DNA from: Azolla caroliniana
Taxonomy: Eukaryota; Plantae; Polypodiophyta
Length of the DNA stretch: 35,356 nt
Direction of reading: 5' to 3'
NCBI GenBank assembly: GCA_043228905.1
Contig: JBHGNT010000316.1
Coordinates: 1-35,356 of the forward strand
Shown: piece after piece, positions 8,919 to 21,289 of the stretch
Layout: each line of letters opens with the position of its first letter
Numbering within the stretch: position 1 is the stretch's first letter
The notes under the pieces: model-generated
Told to the model about the DNA's origin: nothing
The model's database searches: none
What the model saw: only the letters and a program-made list of their open reading frames with translations
Program-made: the position numbers and the translations under genes

Positions 8919-9704
8919 ATGGCAAAGCTTACTTCCGTATTCCTCATGGCCGTGATCATGCTCGCCGCGTGTACCGCGGCCAATGCTAGGTCTGTAGGGC
9001 GGGACCGTGAAGAGGAGCGACGCGATCGACGTCGTGAGGGAGACATTGACGAGGAGAGGCGCGATCGACGCCGAGAGGGGGAGTGCAATGACGAGAGGCG
9101 CGAGCGACGTCGTGAGGGGTTCCTTGAGGAGGGGCGCCGCTACAGAGACAACAAGAGAGACTCCGAAGAGGAAAGGGAACGTCGTAGCCGTGGTCGCGAT
9201 GAGCCACGTGACGAGGAACTGAGGCGAGAGTGCGGTGATTTCATCGACAAGCAGATCCGAGAGCTACAAGAGCGCTCCGAAAGAGAGGAAGGTGAACAAG
9301 GACGTCGCTCCCCATGGATCGAAAACACTCGATACTCAAGACCCTCGGAACGGTGCTGCAGGAACGTCGAACGAATCCCCGCCGAAGATCGATGCGATCG
9401 CCTACGTGATGCCTTGTATGCTGACGAGGAGGAACGACGCAATGATGAAGGCCGACGCCATGGCCAACAATCAAGGGAACACCGTAGCTGGGAGGAAGAG
9501 GACGAGGAGCGCGAGAGAGATAGCAGCCGTGAGCGACGAGAGGGTGACGAACGCCGCCACCGCATGTCTCGACGACAAGAGGACGAACGTCAACAACGTC
9601 GCCAATTCAAGGCCGATGACGAGGAAAGAGCTCTAGGCGTCGCCGCCTCCCGCCTACTCCAACAGTGCGATCTTCGCCCTCGTGCTTGTATTCGTCGCTT
9701 CTAA
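8919..9704 (+). CDS. 2S albumin-like storage protein precursor, copy 6 (261 aa, D57N)
   Basis: As copy 2 except G>A at 9087 (GAT>AAT). Confidence 0.88.
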   Translation: MAKLTSVFLMAVIMLAACTAANARSVGRDREEERRDRRREGDIDEERRDRRREGECNDERRERRREGFLEEGRRYRDNKRDSEEERERRSRGRDEPRDEELRRECGDFIDKQIRELQERSEREEGEQGRRSPWIENTRYSRPSERCCRNVERIPAEDRCDRLRDALYADEEERRNDEGRRHGQQSREHRSWEEEDEERERDSSRERREGDERRHRMSRRQEDERQQRRQFKADDEERALGVAASRLLQQCDLRPRACIRRF

Positions 9705-10573
9705 ATAGTACATAAACCTTGTTCAAATTATTCTCGTGGTCTCTCTCTAATTTCTCGTAAGTGTTTACGAACAAGTGCGTCTCCCCAATCGCGCATTACA
9801 CCCACACGAACGTAAACACGAGCACCAACGTCCCTCCAACACGAACGTAAACACGAGCACCAACGCATAGAATTTGCCTATAGGGACCGCAAACCACCCA
9901 AACGGAAAAAAAAACATCAAAGCAGGACACCCATACCGCACACGCCACGGCAACGGCTAAGGCTAAGGTCAACTTGTACACGCGGCGAATGTGAACTTGC
10001 TTCCACACTTGCCCGATAGGACACTCCTAGTGTGGTAGTCCGGTTAGCTTTCCTTGTCGTCGTCGTTACCAACCCCTCGTCCGTCCGAACGAGCGAGTAC
10101 GGACACCGGTCTATCTACGTTCATCGATGTAGCACACTCGGGAGCCACCACTCGTCCCGCAGTAGCCTCCGCGTGCTTAGTGTCTCGGCACTAGCGCGTT
10201 CTAGTTTAATGTGCACGTGCCCGCACACCCCTACGCGCACGCGCGAGTGCGCACATTTACCTATGTATGTATAAATGTTATGTTGCTCGACAAGCTCTCG
10301 CGCGAGGAGGAGGAGTACCCGCTACAGGTTGCGCCCAGATTGTCTGGTGACAATACGACACCTAGGACTAGCCTAGACGTGTGGGAGGGTGGACTAGTTG
10401 GTATGGGTCTTGGGCAAGAGTTGTACGCAGGACACACACGTTATGGTAATGGGAGTGGTGAGTGACATGCATGTGCTCTGATTGCATGGCCATGTGTATA
10501 TATTAAAGGTGGAGGGAGCAATGTCAATACAATCCATTAGGAGACAAGCACCGGGATCATAAGGACAATCGCA

Positions 10574-11359
10574 ATGGCAAAGCTTACTTCCGTATTCCTC
10601 ATGGCCGTGATCATGCTCGCCGCGTGTACCGCGGCCAATGCTAGGTCTGTAGGGCGGGACCGTGAAGAGGAGCGACGCGATCGACGTCGTGAGGGAGACA
10701 TTGACGAGGAGAGGCGCGATCGACGCCGAGAGGGGGAGTGCGATGACGAGAGGCGCGAGCGACGTCGTGAGGGGTTCCTTGAGGAGGGGCGCCGCTACAG
10801 AGACAACAAGAGAGACTCCGAAGAGGAAAGGGAACGTCGTAGCCGTGGTCGCGATGAGCCACGTGACGAGGAACTGAGGCGAGAGTGCGGTGATTTCATC
10901 GACAAGCAGATCCGAGAGCTACAAGAGCGCTCCGAAAGAGAGGAAGGTGAACAAGGACGTCGCTCCCCATGGATCGAAAACACTCGATACTCAAGACCCT
11001 CGGAACGGTGCTGCAGGAACGTCGAACGAATCCCCGCCGAAGATCGATGCGATCGCCTACGTGGTGCCTTGTATGCTGACGAGGAGGAACGACGCAATGA
11101 TGAAGGCCGACGCCATGGCCAACAATCAAGGGAACACCGTAGCTGGGAGGAAGAGGACGAGGAGCGCGAGAGAGATAGCAGCCGTGAGCGACGAGAGGGT
11201 GACGAACGCCGCCACCGCATGTCTCGACGACAAGAGGACGAACGTCAACAACGTCGCCAATTCAAGGCCGATGACGAGGAAAGAGCTCTAGGCGTCGCCG
11301 CCTCCCGCCTACTCCAACAGTGCGATCTTCGCCCTCGTGCTTGTATTCGTCGCTTCTAA
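10574..11359 (+). CDS. 2S albumin-like storage protein precursor, copy 7 (261 aa, D164G)
   Basis: As copy 2 except A>G at 11064 (GAT>GGT). Confidence 0.88.
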   Translation: MAKLTSVFLMAVIMLAACTAANARSVGRDREEERRDRRREGDIDEERRDRRREGECDDERRERRREGFLEEGRRYRDNKRDSEEERERRSRGRDEPRDEELRRECGDFIDKQIRELQERSEREEGEQGRRSPWIENTRYSRPSERCCRNVERIPAEDRCDRLRGALYADEEERRNDEGRRHGQQSREHRSWEEEDEERERDSSRERREGDERRHRMSRRQEDERQQRRQFKADDEERALGVAASRLLQQCDLRPRACIRRF

Positions 11360-12228
11360 ATAGTACATAAACCTTGTTCAAATTATTCTCGTGGTCTCTC
11401 TCTAATTTCTCGTAAGTGTTTACGAACAAGTGCGTCTCCCCAATCGCGCATTACACCCACACGAACGTAAACACGAGCACCAACGTCCCTCCAACACGAA
11501 CGTAAACACGAGCACCAACGCATAGAATTTGCCTATAGGGACCGCAAACCACCCAAACGGAAAAAAAAACATCAAAGCAGGACACCCATACCGCACACGC
11601 CACGGCAACGGCTAAGGCTAAGGTCAACTTGTACACGCGGCGAATGTGAACTTGCTTCCACACTTGCCCGATAGGACACTCCTAGTGTGGTAGTCCGGTT
11701 AGCTTTCCTTGTCGTCGTCGTTACCAACCCCTCGTCCGTCCGAACGAGCGAGTACGGACACCGGTCTATCTACGTTCATCGATGTAGCACACTCGGGAGC
11801 CACCACTCGTCCCGCAGTAGCCTCCGCGTGCTTAGTGTCTCGGCACTAGCGCGTTCTAGTTTAATGTGCACGTGCCCGCACACCCCTACGCGCACGCGCG
11901 AGTGCGCACATTTACCTATGTATGTATAAATGTTATGTTGCTCGACAAGCTCTCGCGCGAGGAGGAGGAGTACCCGCTACAGGTTGCGCCCAGATTGTCT
12001 GGTGACAATACGACACCTAGGACTAGCCTAGACGTGTGGGAGGGTGGACTAGTTGGTATGGGTCTTGGGCAAGAGTTGTACGCAGGACACACACGTTATG
12101 GTAATGGGAGTGGTGAGTGACATGCATGTGCTCTGATTGCATGGCCATGTGTATATATTAAAGGTGGAGGGAGCAATGTCAATACAATCCATTAGGAGAC
12201 AAGCACCGGGATCATAAGGACAATCGCA

Positions 12229-13014
12229 ATGGCAAAGCTTACTTCCGTATTCCTCATGGCCGTGATCATGCTCGCCGCGTGTACCGCGGCCAATGCTAGG
12301 TCTGTAGGGCGGGACCGTGAAGAGGAGCGACGCGATCGACGTCGTGAGGGAGACATTGACGAGGAGAGGCGCGATCGACGCCGAGAGGGGGAGTGCGATG
12401 ACGAGAGGCGCGAGCGACGTCGTGAGGGGTTCCTTGAGGAGGGGCGCCGCTACAGAGACAACAAGAGAGACTCCGAAGAGGAAAGGGAACGTCGTAGCCG
12501 TGGTCGCGATGAGCCACGTGACGAGGAACTGAGGCGAGAGTGCGGTGATTTCATCGACAAGCAGATCCGAGAGCTACAAGAGCGCTCCGAAAGAGAGGAA
12601 GGTGAACAAGGACGTCGCTCCCCATGGATCGAAAACACTCGATACTCAAGACCCTCGGAACGGTGCTGCAGGAACGTCGAACGAATCCCCGCCGAAGATC
12701 GATGCGATCGCCTACGTGGTGCCTTGTATGCTGACGAGGAGGAACGACGCAATGATGAAGGCCGACGCCATGGCCAACAATCAAGGGAACACCGTAGCTG
12801 GGAGGAAGAGGACGAGGAGCGCGAGAGAGATAGCAGCCGTGAGCGACGAGAGGGTGACGAACGCCGCCACCGCATGTCTCGACGACAAGAGGACGAACGT
12901 CAACAACGTCGCCAATTCAAGGCCGATGACGAGGAAAGAGCTCTAGGCGTCGCCGCCTCCCGCCTACTCCAACAGTGCGATCTTCGCCCTCGTGCTTGTA
13001 TTCGTCGCTTCTAA
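12229..13014 (+). CDS. 2S albumin-like storage protein precursor, copy 8 (261 aa, D164G)
   Basis: As copy 2 except A>G at 12719, shared with copy 7. Confidence 0.88.
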   Translation: MAKLTSVFLMAVIMLAACTAANARSVGRDREEERRDRRREGDIDEERRDRRREGECDDERRERRREGFLEEGRRYRDNKRDSEEERERRSRGRDEPRDEELRRECGDFIDKQIRELQERSEREEGEQGRRSPWIENTRYSRPSERCCRNVERIPAEDRCDRLRGALYADEEERRNDEGRRHGQQSREHRSWEEEDEERERDSSRERREGDERRHRMSRRQEDERQQRRQFKADDEERALGVAASRLLQQCDLRPRACIRRF

Positions 13015-13883
13015 ATAGTACATAAACCTTGTTCAAATTATTCTCGTGGTCTCTCTCTAATTTCTCGTAAGTGTTTACGAACAAGTGCGTCTCCCCAATC
13101 GCGCATTACACCCACACGAACGTAAACACGAGCACCAACGTCCCTCCAACACGAACGTAAACACGAGCACCAACGCATAGAATTTGCCTATAGGGACCGC
13201 AAACCACCCAAACGGAAAAAAAAACATCAAAGCAGGACACCCATACCGCACACGCCACGGCAACGGCTAAGGCTAAGGTCAACTTGTACACGCGGCGAAT
13301 GTGAACTTGCTTCCACACTTGCCCGATAGGACACTCCTAGTGTGGTAGTCCGGTTAGCTTTCCTTGTCGTCGTCGTTACCAACCCCTCGTCCGTCCGAAC
13401 GAGCGAGTACGGACACCGGTCTATCTACGTTCATCGATGTAGCACACTCGGGAGCCACCACTCGTCCCGCAGTAGCCTCCGCGTGCTTAGTGTCTCGGCA
13501 CTAGCGCGTTCTAGTTTAATGTGCACGTGCCCGCACACCCCTACGCGCACGCGCGAGTGCGCACATTTACCTATGTATGTATAAATGTTATGTTGCTCGA
13601 CAAGCTCTCGCGCGAGGAGGAGGAGTACCCGCTACAGGTTGCGCCCAGATTGTCTGGTGACAATACGACACCTAGGACTAGCCTAGACGTGTGGGAGGGT
13701 GGACTAGTTGGTATGGGTCTTGGGCAAGAGTTGTACGCAGGACACACACGTTATGGTAATGGGAGTGGTGAGTGACATGCATGTGCTCTGATTGCATGGC
13801 CATGTGTATATATTAAAGGTGGAGGGAGCAATGTCAATACAATCCATTAGGAGACAAGCACCGGGATCATAAGGACAATCGCA

Positions 13884-14669
13884 ATGGCAAAGCTTACTTC
13901 CGTATTCCTCATGGCCGTGATCATGCTCGCCGCGTGTACCGCGGCCAATGCTAGGTCTGTAGGGCGGGACCGTGAAGAGGAGCGACGCGATCGACGTCGT
14001 GAGGGAGACATTGACGAGGAGAGGCGCGATCGACGCCGAGAGGGGGAGTGCGATGACGAGAGGCGCGAGCGACGTCGTGAGGGGTTCCTTGAGGAGGGGC
14101 GCCGCTACAGAGACAACAAGAGAGACTCCGAAGAGGAAAGGGAACGTCGTAGCCGTGGTCGCGATGAGCCACGTGACGAGGAACTGAGGCGAGAGTGCGG
14201 TGATTTCATCGACAAGCAGATCCGAGAGCTACAAGAGCGCTCCGAAAGAGAGGAAGGTGAACAAGGACGTCGCTCCCCATGGATCGAAAACACTCGATAC
14301 TCAAGACCCTCGGAACGGTGCTGCAGGAACGTCGAACGAATCCCCGCCGAAGATCGATGCGATCGCCTACGTGATGCCTTGTATGCTGACGAGGAGGAAC
14401 GACGCAATGATGAAGGCCGACGCCATGGCCAACAATCAAGGGAACACCGTAGCTGGGAGGAAGAGGACGAGGAGCGCGAGAGAGATAGCAGCCGTGAGCG
14501 ACGAGAGGGTGACGAACGCCGCCACCGCATGTCTCGACGACAAGAGGACGAACGTCAACAACGTCGCCAATTCAAGGCCGATGACGAGGAAAGAGCTCTA
14601 GGCGTCGCCGCCTCCCGCCTACTCCAACAGTGCGATCTTCGCCCTCGTGCTTGTATTCGTCGCTTCTAA
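13884..14669 (+). CDS. 2S albumin-like storage protein precursor, copy 9 (261 aa)
   Basis: Translation identical to copy 2. Confidence 0.88.
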   Translation: MAKLTSVFLMAVIMLAACTAANARSVGRDREEERRDRRREGDIDEERRDRRREGECDDERRERRREGFLEEGRRYRDNKRDSEEERERRSRGRDEPRDEELRRECGDFIDKQIRELQERSEREEGEQGRRSPWIENTRYSRPSERCCRNVERIPAEDRCDRLRDALYADEEERRNDEGRRHGQQSREHRSWEEEDEERERDSSRERREGDERRHRMSRRQEDERQQRRQFKADDEERALGVAASRLLQQCDLRPRACIRRF

Positions 14670-15538
14670 ATAGTACATAAACCTTGTTCAAATTATTCTC
14701 GTGGTCTCTCTCTAATTTCTCGTAAGTGTTTACGAACAAGTGCGTCTCCCCAATCGCGCATTACACCCACACGAACGTAAACACGAGCACCAACGTCCCT
14801 CCAACACGAACGTAAACACGAGCACCAACGCATAGAATTTGCCTATAGGGACCGCAAACCACCCAAACGGAAAAAAAAACATCAAAGCAGGACACCCATA
14901 CCGCACACGCCACGGCAACGGCTAAGGCTAAGGTCAACTTGTACACGCGGCGAATGTGAACTTGCTTCCACACTTGCCCGATAGGACACTCCTAGTGTGG
15001 TAGTCCGGTTAGCTTTCCTTGTCGTCGTCGTTACCAACCCCTCGTCCGTCCGAACGAGCGAGTACGGACACCGGTCTATCTACGTTCATCGATGTAGCAC
15101 ACTCGGGAGCCACCACTCGTCCCGCAGTAGCCTCCGCGTGCTTAGTGTCTCGGCACTAGCGCGTTCTAGTTTAATGTGCACGTGCCCGCACACCCCTACG
15201 CGCACGCGCGAGTGCGCACATTTACCTATGTATGTATAAATGTTATGTTGCTCGACAAGCTCTCGCGCGAGGAGGAGGAGTACCCGCTACAGGTTGCGCC
15301 CAGATTGTCTGGTGACAATACGACACCTAGGACTAGCCTAGACGTGTGGGAGGGTGGACTAGTTGGTATGGGTCTTGGGCAAGAGTTGTACGCAGGACAC
15401 ACACGTTATGGTAATGGGAGTGGTGAGTGACATGCATGTGCTCTGATTGCATGGCCATGTGTATATATTAAAGGTGGAGGGAGCAATGTCAATACAATCC
15501 ATTAGGAGACAAGCACCGGGATCATAAGGACAATCGCA

Positions 15539-16324
15539 ATGGCAAAGCTTACTTCCGTATTCCTCATGGCCGTGATCATGCTCGCCGCGTGTACCGCGGC
15601 CAATGCTAGGTCTGTAGGGCGGGACCGTGAAGAGGAGCGACGCGATCGACGTCGTGAGGGAGACATTGACGAGGAGAGGCGCGATCGACGCCGAGAGGGG
15701 GAGTGCGATGACGAGAGGCGCGAGCGACGTCGTGAGGGGTTCCTTGAGGAGGGGCGCCGCTACAGAGACAACAAGAGAGACTCCGAAGAGGAAAGGGAAC
15801 GTCGTAGCCGTGGTCGCGATGAGCCACGTGACGAGGAACTGAGGCGAGAGTGCGGTGATTTCATCGACAAGCAGATCCGAGAGCTACAAGAGCGCTCCGA
15901 AAGAGAGGAAGGTGAACAAGGACGTCGCTCCCCATGGATCGAAAACACTCGATACTCAAGACCCTCGGAACGGTGCTGCAGGAACGTCGAACGAATCCCC
16001 GCCGAAGATCGATGCGATCGCCTACGTGATGCCTTGTATGCTGACGAGGAGGAACGACGCAATGATGAAGGCCGACGCCATGGCCAACAATCAAGGGAAC
16101 ACCGTAGCTGGGAGGAAGAGGACGAGGAGCGCGAGAGAGATAGCAGCCGTGAGCGACGAGAGGGTGACGAACGCCGCCACCGCATGTCTCGACGACAAGA
16201 GGACGAACGTCAACAACGTCGCCAATTCAAGGCCGATGACGAGGAAAGAGCTCTAGGCGTCGCCGCCTCCCGCCTACTCCAACAGTGCGATCTTCGCCCT
16301 CGTGCTTGTATTCGTCGCTTCTAA
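15539..16324 (+). CDS. 2S albumin-like storage protein precursor, copy 10 (261 aa)
   Basis: Translation identical to copy 2. Confidence 0.88.
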   Translation: MAKLTSVFLMAVIMLAACTAANARSVGRDREEERRDRRREGDIDEERRDRRREGECDDERRERRREGFLEEGRRYRDNKRDSEEERERRSRGRDEPRDEELRRECGDFIDKQIRELQERSEREEGEQGRRSPWIENTRYSRPSERCCRNVERIPAEDRCDRLRDALYADEEERRNDEGRRHGQQSREHRSWEEEDEERERDSSRERREGDERRHRMSRRQEDERQQRRQFKADDEERALGVAASRLLQQCDLRPRACIRRF

Positions 16325-17193
16325 ATAGTACATAAACCTTGTTCAAATTATTCTCGTGGTCTCTCTCTAATTTCTCGTAAGTGTTTACGAACAAGTGCGT
16401 CTCCCCAATCGCGCATTACACCCACACGAACGTAAACACGAGCACCAACGTCCCTCCAACACGAACGTAAACACGAGCACCAACGCATAGAATTTGCCTA
16501 TAGGGACCGCAAACCACCCAAACGGAAAAAAAAACATCAAAGCAGGACACCCATACCGCACACGCCACGGCAACGGCTAAGGCTAAGGTCAACTTGTACA
16601 CGCGGCGAATGTGAACTTGCTTCCACACTTGCCCGATAGGACACTCCTAGTGTGGTAGTCCGGTTAGCTTTCCTTGTCGTCGTCGTTACCAACCCCTCGT
16701 CCGTCCGAACGAGCGAGTACGGACACCGGTCTATCTACGTTCATCGATGTAGCACACTCGGGAGCCACCACTCGTCCCGCAGTAGCCTCCGCGTGCTTAG
16801 TGTCTCGGCACTAGCGCGTTCTAGTTTAATGTGCACGTGCCCGCACACCCCTACGCGCACGCGCGAGTGCGCACATTTACCTATGTATGTATAAATGTTA
16901 TGTTGCTCGACAAGCTCTCGCGCGAGGAGGAGGAGTACCCGCTACAGGTTGCGCCCAGATTGTCTGGTGACAATACGACACCTAGGACTAGCCTAGACGT
17001 GTGGGAGGGTGGACTAGTTGGTATGGGTCTTGGGCAAGAGTTGTACGCAGGACACACACGTTATGGTAATGGGAGTGGTGAGTGACATGCATGTGCTCTG
17101 ATTGCATGGCCATGTGTATATATTAAAGGTGGAGGGAGCAATGTCAATACAATCCATTAGGAGACAAGCACCGGGATCATAAGGACAATCGCA

Positions 17194-17979
17194 ATGGCAA
17201 AGCTTACTTCCGTATTCCTCATGGCCGTGATCATGCTCGCCGCGTGTACCGCGGCCAATGCTAGGTCTGTAGGGCGGGACCGTGAAGAGGAGCGACGCGA
17301 TCGACGTCGTGAGGGAGACATTGACGAGGAGAGGCGCGATCGACGCCGAGAGGGGGAGTGCGATGACGAGAGGCGCGAGCGACGTCGTGAGGGGTTCCTT
17401 GAGGAGGGGCGCCGCTACAGAGACAACAAGAGAGACTCCGAAGAGGAAAGGGAACGTCGTAGCCGTGGTCGCGATGAGCCACGTGACGAGGAACTGAGGC
17501 GAGAGTGCGGTGATTTCATCGACAAGCAGATCCGAGAGCTACAAGAGCGCTCCGAAAGAGAGGAAGGTGAACAAGGACGTCGCTCCCCATGGATCGAAAA
17601 CACTCGATACTCAAGACCCTCGGAACGGTGCTGCAGGAACGTCGAACGAATCCCCGCCGAAGATCGATGCGATCGCCTACGTGATGCCTTGTATGCTGAC
17701 GAGGAGGAACGACGCAATGATGAAGGCCGACGCCATGGCCAACAATCAAGGGAACACCGTAGCTGGGAGGAAGAGGACGAGGAGCGCGAGAGAGATAGCA
17801 GCCGTGAGCGACGAGAGGGTGACGAACGCCGCCACCGCATGTCTCGACGACAAGAGGACGAACGTCAACAACGTCGCCAATTCAAGGCCGATGACGAGGA
17901 AAGAGCTCTAGGCGTCGCCGCCTCCCGCCTACTCCAACAGTGCGATCTTCGCCCTCGTGCTTGTATTCGTCGCTTCTAA
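17194..17979 (+). CDS. 2S albumin-like storage protein precursor, copy 11 (261 aa)
   Basis: Translation identical to copy 2. Confidence 0.88.
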   Translation: MAKLTSVFLMAVIMLAACTAANARSVGRDREEERRDRRREGDIDEERRDRRREGECDDERRERRREGFLEEGRRYRDNKRDSEEERERRSRGRDEPRDEELRRECGDFIDKQIRELQERSEREEGEQGRRSPWIENTRYSRPSERCCRNVERIPAEDRCDRLRDALYADEEERRNDEGRRHGQQSREHRSWEEEDEERERDSSRERREGDERRHRMSRRQEDERQQRRQFKADDEERALGVAASRLLQQCDLRPRACIRRF

Positions 17980-18848
17980 ATAGTACATAAACCTTGTTCA
18001 AATTATTCTCGTGGTCTCTCTCTAATTTCTCGTAAGTGTTTACGAACAAGTGCGTCTCCCCAATCGCGCATTACACCCACACGAACGTAAACACGAGCAC
18101 CAACGTCCCTCCAACACGAACGTAAACACGAGCACCAACGCATAGAATTTGCCTATAGGGACCGCAAACCACCCAAACGGAAAAAAAAACATCAAAGCAG
18201 GACACCCATACCGCACACGCCACGGCAACGGCTAAGGCTAAGGTCAACTTGTACACGCGGCGAATATGAACTTGCTTCCACACTTGCCCGATAGGACACT
18301 CCTAGTGTGGTAGTCCGGTTAGCTTTCCTTGTCGTCGTCGTTACCAACCCCTCGTCCGTCCGAACGAGCGAGTACGGACACCGGTCTATCTACGTTCATC
18401 GATGTAGCACACTCGGGAGCCACCACTCGTCCCGCAGTAGCCTCCGCGTGCTTAGTGTCTCGGCACTAGCGCGTTCTAGTTTAATGTGCACGTGCCCGCA
18501 CACCCCTACGCGCACGCGCGAGTGCGCACATTTACCTATGTATGTATAAATGTTATGTTGCTCGACAAGCTCTCGCGCGAGGAGGAGGAGTACCCGCTAC
18601 AGGTTGCGCCCAGATTGTCTGGTGACAATACGACACCTAGGACTAGCCTAGACGTGTGGGAGGGTGGACTAGTTGGTATGGGTCTTGGGCAAGAGTTGTA
18701 CGCAGGACACACACGTTATGGTAATGGGAGTGGTGAGTGACATGCATGTGCTCTGATTGCATGGCCATGTGTATATATTAAAGGTGGAGGGAGCAATGTC
18801 AATACAATCCATTAGGAGACAAGCACCGGGATCATAAGGACAATCGCA

Positions 18849-19634
18849 ATGGCAAAGCTTACTTCCGTATTCCTCATGGCCGTGATCATGCTCGCCGCGT
18901 GTACCGCGGCCAATGCTAGGTCTGTAGGGCGGGACCGTGAAGAGGAGCGACGCGATCGACGTCGTGAGGGAGACATTGACGAGGAGAGGCGCGATCGACG
19001 CCGAGAGGGGGAGTGCGATGACGAGAGGCGCGAGCGACGTCGTGAGGGGTTCCTTGAGGAGGGGCGCCGCTACAGAGACAACAAGAGAGACTCCGAAGAG
19101 GAAAGGGAACGTCGTAGCCGTGGTCGCGATGAGCCACGTGACGAGGAACTGAGGCGAGAGTGCGGTGATTTCATCGACAAGCAGATCCGAGAGCTACAAG
19201 AGCGCTCCGAAAGAGAGGAAGGTGAACAAGGACGTCGCTCCCCATGGATCGAAAACACTCGATACTCAAGACCCTCGGAACGGTGCTGCAGGAACGTCGA
19301 ACGAATCCCCGCCGAAGATCGATGCGATCGCCTACGTGATGCCTTGTATGCTGACGAGGAGGAACGACGCAATGATGAAGGCCGACGCCATGGCCAACAA
19401 TCAAGGGAACACCGTAGCTGGGAGGAAGAGGACGAGGAGCGCGAGAGAGATAGCAGCCGTGAGCGACGAGAGGGTGACGAACGCCGCCACCGCATGTCTC
19501 GACGACAAGAGGACGAACGTCAACAACGTCGCCAATTCAAGGCCGATGACGAGGAAAGAGCTCTAGGCGTCGCCGCCTCCCGCCTACTCCAACAGTGCGA
19601 TCTTCGCCCTCGTGCTTGTATTCGTCGCTTCTAA
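18849..19634 (+). CDS. 2S albumin-like storage protein precursor, copy 12 (261 aa)
   Basis: Translation identical to copy 2. Confidence 0.88.
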   Translation: MAKLTSVFLMAVIMLAACTAANARSVGRDREEERRDRRREGDIDEERRDRRREGECDDERRERRREGFLEEGRRYRDNKRDSEEERERRSRGRDEPRDEELRRECGDFIDKQIRELQERSEREEGEQGRRSPWIENTRYSRPSERCCRNVERIPAEDRCDRLRDALYADEEERRNDEGRRHGQQSREHRSWEEEDEERERDSSRERREGDERRHRMSRRQEDERQQRRQFKADDEERALGVAASRLLQQCDLRPRACIRRF

Positions 19635-20503
19635 ATAGTACATAAACCTTGTTCAAATTATTCTCGTGGTCTCTCTCTAATTTCTCGTAAGTGTTTACGA
19701 ACAAGTGCGTCTCCCCAATCGCGCATTACACCCACACGAACGTAAACACGAGCACCAACGTCCCTCCAACACGAACGTAAACACGAGCACCAACGCATAG
19801 AATTTGCCTATAGGGACCGCAAACCACCCAAACGGAAAAAAAAACATCAAAGCAGGACACCCATACCGCACACGCCACGGCAACGGCTAAGGCTAAGGTC
19901 AACTTGTACACGCGGCGAATGTGAACTTGCTTCCACACTTGCCCGATAGGACACTCCTAGTGTGGTAGTCCGGTTAGCTTTCCTTGTCGTCGTCGTTACC
20001 AACCCCTCGTCCGTCCGAACGAGCGAGTACGGACACCGGTCTATCTACGTTCATCGATGTAGCACACTCGGGAGCCACCACTCGTCCCGCAGTAGCCTCC
20101 GCGTGCTTAGTGTCTCGGCACTAGCGCGTTCTAGTTTAATGTGCACGTGCCCGCACACCCCTACGCGCACGCGCGAGTGCGCACATTTACCTATGTATGT
20201 ATAAATGTTATGTTGCTCGACAAGCTCTCGCGCGAGGAGGAGGAGTACCCGCTACAGGTTGCGCCCAGATTGTCTGGTGACAATACGACACCTAGGACTA
20301 GCCTAGACGTGTGGGAGGGTGGACTAGTTGGTATGGGTCTTGGGCAAGAGTTGTACGCAGGACACACACGTTATGGTAATGGGAGTGGTGAGTGACATGC
20401 ATGTGCTCTGATTGCATGGCCATGTGTATATATTAAAGGTGGAGGGAGCAATGTCAATACAATCCATTAGGAGACAAGCACCGGGATCATAAGGACAATC
20501 GCA

Positions 20504-21289
20504 ATGGCAAAGCTTACTTCCGTATTCCTCATGGCCGTGATCATGCTCGCCGCGTGTACCGCGGCCAATGCTAGGTCTGTAGGGCGGGACCGTGAAGAGG
20601 AGCGACGCGATCGACGTCGTGAGGGAGACATTGACGAGGAGAGGCGCGATCGACGCCGAGAGGGGGAGTGCGATGACGAGAGGCGCGAGCGACGTCGTGA
20701 GGGGTTCCTTGAGGAGGGGCGCCGCTACAGAGACAACAAGAGAGACTCCGAAGAGGAAAGGGAACGTCGTAGCCGTGGTCGCGATGAGCCACGTGACGAG
20801 GAACTGAGGCGAGAGTGCGGTGATTTCATCGACAAGCAGATCCGAGAGCTACAAGAGCGCTCCGAAAGAGAGGAAGGTGAACAAGGACGTCGCTCCCCAT
20901 GGATCGAAAACACTCGATACTCAAGACCCTCGGAACGGTGCTGCAGGAACGTCGAACGAATCCCCGCCGAAGATCGATGCGATCGCCTACGTGATGCCTT
21001 GTATGCTGACGAGGAGGAACGACGCAATGATGAAGGCCGACGCCATGGCCAACAATCAAGGGAACACCGTAGCTGGGAGGAAGAGGACGAGGAGCGCGAG
21101 AGAGATAGCAGCCGTGAGCGACGAGAGGGTGACGAACGCCGCCACCGCATGTCTCGACGACAAGAGGACGAACGTCAACAACGTCGCCAATTCAAGGCCG
21201 ATGACGAGGAAAGAGCTCTAGGCGTCGCCGCCTCCCGCCTACTCCAACAGTGCGATCTTCGCCCTCGTGCTTGTATTCGTCGCTTCTAA
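20504..21289 (+). CDS. 2S albumin-like storage protein precursor, copy 13 (261 aa)
   Basis: Translation identical to copy 2. Confidence 0.88.
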   Translation: MAKLTSVFLMAVIMLAACTAANARSVGRDREEERRDRRREGDIDEERRDRRREGECDDERRERRREGFLEEGRRYRDNKRDSEEERERRSRGRDEPRDEELRRECGDFIDKQIRELQERSEREEGEQGRRSPWIENTRYSRPSERCCRNVERIPAEDRCDRLRDALYADEEERRNDEGRRHGQQSREHRSWEEEDEERERDSSRERREGDERRHRMSRRQEDERQQRRQFKADDEERALGVAASRLLQQCDLRPRACIRRF

